From a virus (Duplodnaviria; Caudoviricetes): a DNA stretch of 64,000 nucleotides. Below, one piece after another: positions 59,233-64,000 of this stretch. The DNA lies in the IMG/VR virus record IMGVR_UViG_2561511114_000002, positions 1-64,000 of that record; one strand, 5' to 3'. Under the pieces are notes generated by a model that was not told the DNA's origin, ran no database searches, and saw nothing but the letters and a program-made list of their open reading frames with translations. Each line of letters starts with the position of its first letter. The stretch's first letter is position 1. Made by a program: the position numbers and the translations under genes.

Positions 59233-60073
59233 CGGTCAGTCCTCCCAGTGACGGTCGTCGGCGATCAGGTGACGCGCGCCGCATGACGGGCGTCAGCGTC
59301 ACGGGTGACGGTGCGGGCGATGTGACGGCGCTGTGGGCGGGCTGACGCTCCGCCCGCCAGTACGGCGTCAGCGTCGATGCCGGTGGCGGCCACGTCGTGG
59401 AGGTCGCCGGCGGGGTGACGGCCGTAGCGGGTCGAGATGACGGGAAGCGCGAGGGCGTCAGTCACGTCCGTCACCTGCCGTCAGCTCGGCCACGATCCGG
59501 TCGTGTTCGGCGCGCAGGATCTGCTCGGCGTCCGCGACGGCCAACTCAGCCAGCCACTTGGGCCGGTTGGTGCGGGCCGCCGACTCGGCGCCTTCCACCG
59601 CCTCAGCCATCCATGTGCCGGCCGGCTCCACACCGAGAGCCATGCAGAGCAGCAGAAATACCTTCATGCCGTCCCGCTTGCTGCCGCCGCCGTCGACTAC
59701 CTGCCGGGCCTTCTTGGCGGCGTAGCCGCGGACCTGGTTGACGGTCCAGTCCCGGAATCGCTCGTCGATGAGGTCGCGGCTGAGGGGGCGGACGGCGGTG
59801 ACGTCAGTACGGGTGCGTTTGACGGTGACGTTGCTGCTGCTGGCGGTTGGAGTGACGGTGTCGGTGGTGGTGGCTTCGGTGACGGGTGCGACGGTGGTGA
59901 CGGGCGTCTGCGGGCGGCTGACGGTGACGGTGGGCGTCTCCACGTCGCCGTCACTGCTGGCGTCACGGTGGGGCGTCTGCGTCGGTTCGACGTCGATGAT
60001 GTGACGGTGCCGGTCGGCGTCACCGGGCGGGATCTGCGTCACCTTCGCCCAGGCGTCACCGGTGACGGCGTCA
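59088..60073. repeat. Dense field of TGACG/CGTCA (often GTGACGG) motifs
   Basis: About 36 hand-counted occurrences in ~1 kb, in both orientations, across three ORFs and a spacer. Confidence 0.75.
59265..59465 (-). CDS. Short hypothetical ORF within the repeat field
   Basis: Overlaps the upstream stop; low complexity, may not be coding. Confidence 0.35.
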   Translation of the reverse strand: MTDALALPVISTRYGRHPAGDLHDVAATGIDADAVLAGGASARPQRRHIARTVTRDADARHAARVT

Positions 60074-61014
60074 GGCTTTGTCGCTTCCACGATGCCACGC
60101 ACGATCGACAGGCGGCGCAGCAGCTGCGCCCGGACGTCCGGGTTCTCGGCGAGGTCGATCCACTTGCAGGCGGCCTGCGTCTGCCGCATCACTCGCCAGC
60201 CGAGCCACGCGATGTAGAGGCGCTTGATGCGGCCCGGCTTGGGGTTGGCGCGGGTCGTGTTGTGGAAGTGGTTGAGCAGCCGGGACAGCCGATCCATGCG
60301 GCGCAGGGTGGCGACCTCGGACACGCTGATGCTGGCTGGTTCCGCTAGGCCGAGGGTGACGGCGATTCGACGCCACGGGATGCCGCGGCTGGTGGGCGGC
60401 GGGTACTTGCCGGGGTTGCGGTGGTGCAGGATGTCCCGCTGCTCGATCAGGCTCTCGTACCACATGTAGGCGGCGACACCTGCGGCGGCGATGCGGAACA
60501 GGCGCAGGTCGGTGCTGTCGGCGTGGACGGCGGAGAGGCTGGCGGAGATGCCGGCGAGGACGAACACGGCCCGGTGGGCGCGGCCGAGGTCGCCGTGGCG
60601 GTAAAGGTGGCGGGTGGCGCGGCGGCTGGCGTCGAAGATGCCGAGTTCGATGAATGCGAACAGGACGAGCCGCAGCGTCCAGTGGATTCCGATGACCTCG
60701 GTGAAGAACTCCCACATGCCGAGCGCTACGACGACGGTGGCGATGGTGGCGACGATGCGGGTGATGGCCCGGTCGGCGGCGGTGAGGTCGTCGGCTTTGC
60801 GTTCGGTGGCGGGTTTGCGGCGGCGCCGCAGCAGTTTGACGGCGAGGATGCCGCCGAGGGCGATGGCGACGGCGGTCATCGTGTTGTCGGAGTTGTTGAA
60901 CCAGGTGACGGCGTTGTCGGTGAGCGGGTCGAGCCAGCCGCGCGTGCCCGGGGTGTAGGGCTCGTCAGACACCTGCACTCCGGGGTCGATGTACGTGACG
61001 GGCTGCATGGTCAC
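59458..61014 (-). CDS. SpdB/DUF2637-like multi-TM spread protein
   Basis: GAGGAGG RBS before GTG 61014; 4-5 TMs, Thr/Val/Pro-rich linker, helical C-terminus. Confidence 0.7.
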   Translation of the reverse strand: MTMQPVTYIDPGVQVSDEPYTPGTRGWLDPLTDNAVTWFNNSDNTMTAVAIALGGILAVKLLRRRRKPATERKADDLTAADRAITRIVATIATVVVALGMWEFFTEVIGIHWTLRLVLFAFIELGIFDASRRATRHLYRHGDLGRAHRAVFVLAGISASLSAVHADSTDLRLFRIAAAGVAAYMWYESLIEQRDILHHRNPGKYPPPTSRGIPWRRIAVTLGLAEPASISVSEVATLRRMDRLSRLLNHFHNTTRANPKPGRIKRLYIAWLGWRVMRQTQAACKWIDLAENPDVRAQLLRRLSIVRGIVEATKPDAVTGDAWAKVTQIPPGDADRHRHIIDVEPTQTPHRDASSDGDVETPTVTVSRPQTPVTTVAPVTEATTTDTVTPTASSSNVTVKRTRTDVTAVRPLSRDLIDERFRDWTVNQVRGYAAKKARQVVDGGGSKRDGMKVFLLLCMALGVEPAGTWMAEAVEGAESAARTNRPKWLAELAVADAEQILRAEHDRIVAELTAGDGRD

Positions 61015-61066
61015 CGGCCCTCGCCTCCTCTGGTTGGGGTTCGCGTTCTCCACTAGACCGTGCCAT

Positions 61067-61103
61067 AGTGCGAACAGTTCGACAAGCTAGAACAGTGCGA
61101 ACA
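61067..61103. promoter_or_regulatory. Direct repeats in the divergent promoter region
   Basis: AGTGCGAACA at 61067 and 61094; CGAAC-A-GTTCG palindrome at 61071. Confidence 0.55.
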
Positions 61104-61209
61104 TTAGCATGACTTACACGGAGAGGCATCTATGAACACAGCGGTGATCGCGAACACCGGGAACGGTGGGTACGCTCACCGCAAAATCCAGCGGCGGAGA
61201 GCAGGGGCG

Positions 61210-61476
61210 ATGGGGGACGACGACAACCGCGACGAGGTCGCCGAGCTTGAAGCCCGAGTGCGTGCCGGCGAATGGTTGAAAACCGGGCCGGTCGCGGTCC
61301 TGCTCGGCATGGGGCGCACCAAGGTCCACACGCTGGTGAAACAGGGAGTGATCGGGCATCGGAAGATTCCCGGCGCCCCGCAGAAGCCGCAGCGGGAGTG
61401 CAACCCGAAGGATGTGTTGCGCCTACTGGAGGAGGCTCGACGCGAGTTCCACGGCGAGTCTGAGGATCCGCGCTGA
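61210..61476 (+). CDS. Excisionase/MerR-like HTH protein
   Basis: WLKTGPVAVLLGMGRTKVHTLVKQGVI; alternative start at 61132. Confidence 0.7.
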   Translation: MGDDDNRDEVAELEARVRAGEWLKTGPVAVLLGMGRTKVHTLVKQGVIGHRKIPGAPQKPQRECNPKDVLRLLEEARREFHGESEDPR

Positions 61477-61654
61477 GCCATGTCCACTCCCCTGCCGGCA
61501 CGCTGGTGCGCTGTCGGGTTGAGCGTGGTCGGGCCAGCAGCCCGCTGGAACGCCATCTACGCACCGTCGGCCTGCCAACCGGTCCGCATTGGGGTGCGCC
61601 CGGTCATACGCTGGGGTGTGGATGGTGCTGCGCTGACCTACGGGGGCGGAAACG

Positions 61655-63061
61655 ATGACCACCACCACGGATGAGACGAATCGGCTTCGCGTGCTACGGG
61701 AAGCGTGTTCGTTGACACAGCGGGAGGTCGCGGACCGGCTTGGTCCGGCTGTGACTGAGGCGCATGTGGGTCGGTGGGAGCGCGGGGAGGTTGCCCCGTC
61801 GCTGCGGTATCGGCGGCTATTGGCGGGGGTGTTCGGTGTGAAGGTGGCCGACCTCGGGTTGCCTGCCACTCCCCCGGCGCCGCGTCCCAGGTCGAGCGTA
61901 GAGGACTGGTTTGTGGCAGATGAGCAGGATTCCCGGGTGGTGGAGTCGCAGGATCGTTGGCGGGCCACCCGTGCCGCATTGAACGCCAACCGGCACCAAC
62001 TAGCCCAGGTGGCGGCCGGGTTGTATCCAGACCGGCAGCTGGCGGACACGGGGCTGATCGCCGGTGAGGGATGGATTCCGGACGGCCCGGTCGATCTGTC
62101 TGCGGTGAAGCTGATGGAGGTTCCTGACGCGCCGCTGTCGGTGTTGGATGGGTCGGAGCGTGAGGCGGCTCGGCTGCTGCCGGATCAGTCGCTGATGCGC
62201 CCGTTTCCGAGGTACACGACGGCGGTGCGGGATTTGGCGAGGCCGCGCCTGTTTGAGGACCGGCACGCCTGGCGGCTTGTTGGTGTTGACTGGTCGGCGG
62301 GTTCGCTGGCGTTCGGGGATGGCACGTACTTCGGGTTCGCGGACGTGTTCGAGTCGCTGGCGCACGAGCTGGCCTACGTGGCGCTGGATGCGGACGGGCG
62401 GCCGGTGCCGGTTCCGTCGCTGCGTGACCTGCCGTTCCGCCGTCTGGTCGGCTCCCCGTTCGACCTCGGCCGGCGTCCGGTGATGCCGGCCGTGTCCACC
62501 TTGACCATCAGGCGTGACGGGGATTCGGCTGAGTTTTTGATGCACCGCCGTGACCCTCGGGCTGTGGCTGCCGCTGGGGGCATGTTGCAGGTGATCCCGT
62601 CGGGGATCTTCCAGCCGTCGAGTCTGCTGCCGGCCGCTCGCGCCGCCGACTTCGACCTGTGGCGCAACATTCAGCGGGAGCTTGCCGAGGAACTGCTGGG
62701 CATGCCGGAGGCCGACGGACACGGCCGTCCGGTCGACTACACGTCGGGCCCGTTCGGGGTGCTCGACGAGGCGCGCGACGCGGGCCGGGTCCGGGTGTGG
62801 TGTCTGGGTGTGGCGTTGGATGCGCTCACGCTGGTTGGGGAGATTCTGACCGTGCTGGTGGTCGACGCCGACGTGTTCGACCATCTCGCCTACGACTTCG
62901 TGGACCGTAACGACGAGGGCCAGGTGGTGGCGGAACGGTTTCCGTTCACGGCTGAGGGTGTGCGGGGGCTGCTCGGGTCTGGGCGTGTCGCCCCCGCTGG
63001 TGCCGGTTGTTTGGACCTGGCTTGGCGGTGGCGGGACATGCTGCTACCACAGCAGCGGTGA
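61655..63061 (+). CDS. XRE HTH fused to a NUDIX-like domain
   Basis: LTQREVADRL..HVGRWERGEVAP; QVIPSGIFQP...IQRELAEELLG. Confidence 0.8.
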   Translation: MTTTTDETNRLRVLREACSLTQREVADRLGPAVTEAHVGRWERGEVAPSLRYRRLLAGVFGVKVADLGLPATPPAPRPRSSVEDWFVADEQDSRVVESQDRWRATRAALNANRHQLAQVAAGLYPDRQLADTGLIAGEGWIPDGPVDLSAVKLMEVPDAPLSVLDGSEREAARLLPDQSLMRPFPRYTTAVRDLARPRLFEDRHAWRLVGVDWSAGSLAFGDGTYFGFADVFESLAHELAYVALDADGRPVPVPSLRDLPFRRLVGSPFDLGRRPVMPAVSTLTIRRDGDSAEFLMHRRDPRAVAAAGGMLQVIPSGIFQPSSLLPAARAADFDLWRNIQRELAEELLGMPEADGHGRPVDYTSGPFGVLDEARDAGRVRVWCLGVALDALTLVGEILTVLVVDADVFDHLAYDFVDRNDEGQVVAERFPFTAEGVRGLLGSGRVAPAGAGCLDLAWRWRDMLLPQQR

Positions 63062-63095
63062 TGACGGGCTGCATTGATCCCTCTACTCTGCGCAC

Positions 63096-63509
63096 ATGAG
63101 ACTTCGTCATGCCATACCGGCGGCCGGGGCAGCCCTCACCCTCGCGCTTACCGGCTGCTCTACCAGCTACGAGGATCGCCGCGACTACCTGCGGACAGTC
63201 GCCGTGCGGGGCGCCGAAACCCACTCGCTGATCGCAGCATCTGAGGGAAGCCCTGACGCAGAGCGGTGCAAAGCTGCGCATCATGCGATGAACGATGACG
63301 CCCCTGGTGACGGTGGAACTGTGATGGATGAGAAGGAGTGGAAGACGGCAGTGGAGGCGTTTTTCGTGGATTCGTGCGTTTCGGGGAAGCCGAAGGAGTT
63401 GCCGCCGCTGGGTCCGCCTGCTACGCCCGTGCCGCCGTCTGAGACGCCGCCATCGCCTACGTTGCTACCGTCGGAATCTGCTGCGGTGGATCCGCCCGCA
63501 GGCGGGTAG
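63096..63509 (+). CDS. Lipoprotein
   Basis: Signal peptide with LTGC lipobox; Pro-rich tail. Confidence 0.8.
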   Translation: MRLRHAIPAAGAALTLALTGCSTSYEDRRDYLRTVAVRGAETHSLIAASEGSPDAERCKAAHHAMNDDAPGDGGTVMDEKEWKTAVEAFFVDSCVSGKPKELPPLGPPATPVPPSETPPSPTLLPSESAAVDPPAGG

Positions 63510-63688
63510 CAGCTATGGCGAACGGAGCCCCGGCCGGTCATCCGGTCCGGGGCTCAATCGTGCAGTTGTCGGTGATGTTGTGAAAGTCCGGGGCGGTCAC
63601 TCTTCCTCCGCTCGCAGGTCGTTGAGTTCAGTTGCGATCCTCGCAGCGTTCGCGTTCGGTGGTCGGCGAGTGCCAGCCCGGCTGCGCT

Positions 63689-63724
63689 GATGAGGTGGGG
63701 CCTGCCGGCAGGCCCCACCTCATC
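63689..63724. repeat. Perfect 36-bp palindrome
   Basis: GATGAGGTGGGGCCTGCC|GGCAGGCCCCACCTCATC, no loop. Confidence 0.85.
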
Positions 63725-63739
63725 GATAGACGCGTAGCG

Positions 63740-64000
63740 TCACTGCCACCCGCCGTCCGATACGACGACGGTGCGGGACACCATCCGCCCCTGGATGCCA
63801 CGCCCTGACAGCAGTTCCGCAAGGTAGCGCTCGGCGCGCTCGCGGTCCGGGGCGGGTGTCAAGTGGGTGCCGTAGATCCCCTCGAATTCGATGCCCCAGG
63901 CCGTGTACGTCCCAGCGGGTAGCCGCCGGATCCCGTCGAGGATGTCCTGGGAGGTGATCTGGTCGGACGTATCCCGCTCCTTTGTGGTGAGGTTTCGTGT
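63740..64000 (-). CDS. Hypothetical protein, 5' end outside the window
   Basis: Open frame ...AWGIEFEGIYG..DRERAERYL..MVSRTVVVSDGGWQ*. Confidence 0.55.
   Translation of the reverse strand, partial: TRNLTTKERDTSDQITSQDILDGIRRLPAGTYTAWGIEFEGIYGTHLTPAPDRERAERYLAELLSGRGIQGRMVSRTVVVSDGGWQ

Larger units (their letters stand above)
4150..64000. mobile_element. Temperate siphovirus prophage; left junction ~4150, right end beyond the window
   Basis: Integrase abuts a truncated host gene and is followed by ordered lysogeny, replication, packaging, head, tail and lysis modules. The 5' half of the SDR gene is not in the window. Membership of 49.8-64 kb is inferred. Confidence 0.85.

Noticed and set aside
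61071-61081. CGAAC-A-GTTCG as a LexA SOS box
   Set aside because: The actinobacterial box needs a 4-bp spacer (TCGAAC-N4-GTTCGA); here it is 1 bp.

Overview
High-GC actinobacterial DNA (Micromonosporaceae-like by inference). The first ~4.1 kb is host chromosome: a Xer-family tyrosine recombinase, a 28-bp dif site (so probably the replication terminus), a class II UvrA/DrrC-like ATPase and the 3' half of an SDR gene. At ~4150 the SDR gene is cut inside its YxxxK motif by a large temperate siphovirus prophage that runs off the right edge; no attR was seen. The prophage carries, in order: a serine integrase; a repressor/cro switch; early genes (RecE-like, ERF, DnaQ-like, RusA, WhiB, DnaN, SSB, an initiator with iterons, DnaB, adenine and cytosine methylases); packaging, head, tail and lysis modules. 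After the lysis genes come a divergent pair of secreted proteins (NucA/NucB-type DNase; beta-pore-former-like plus ricin lectin) and a leftward ~8 kb operon resembling an actinomycete conjugation/spread module. That operon has a TraB/FtsK translocase, Spd-like membrane proteins, a membrane-anchored GIY-YIG nuclease, a WXG100-like domain with its own start and a dense TGACG repeat field, and is followed by an Xis-like HTH and an XRE-NUDIX protein. The most notable candidate system is this apparently intact tailed prophage that also encodes TraB-type conjugative machinery. All product calls come from motif recognition by eye; no searches were run.
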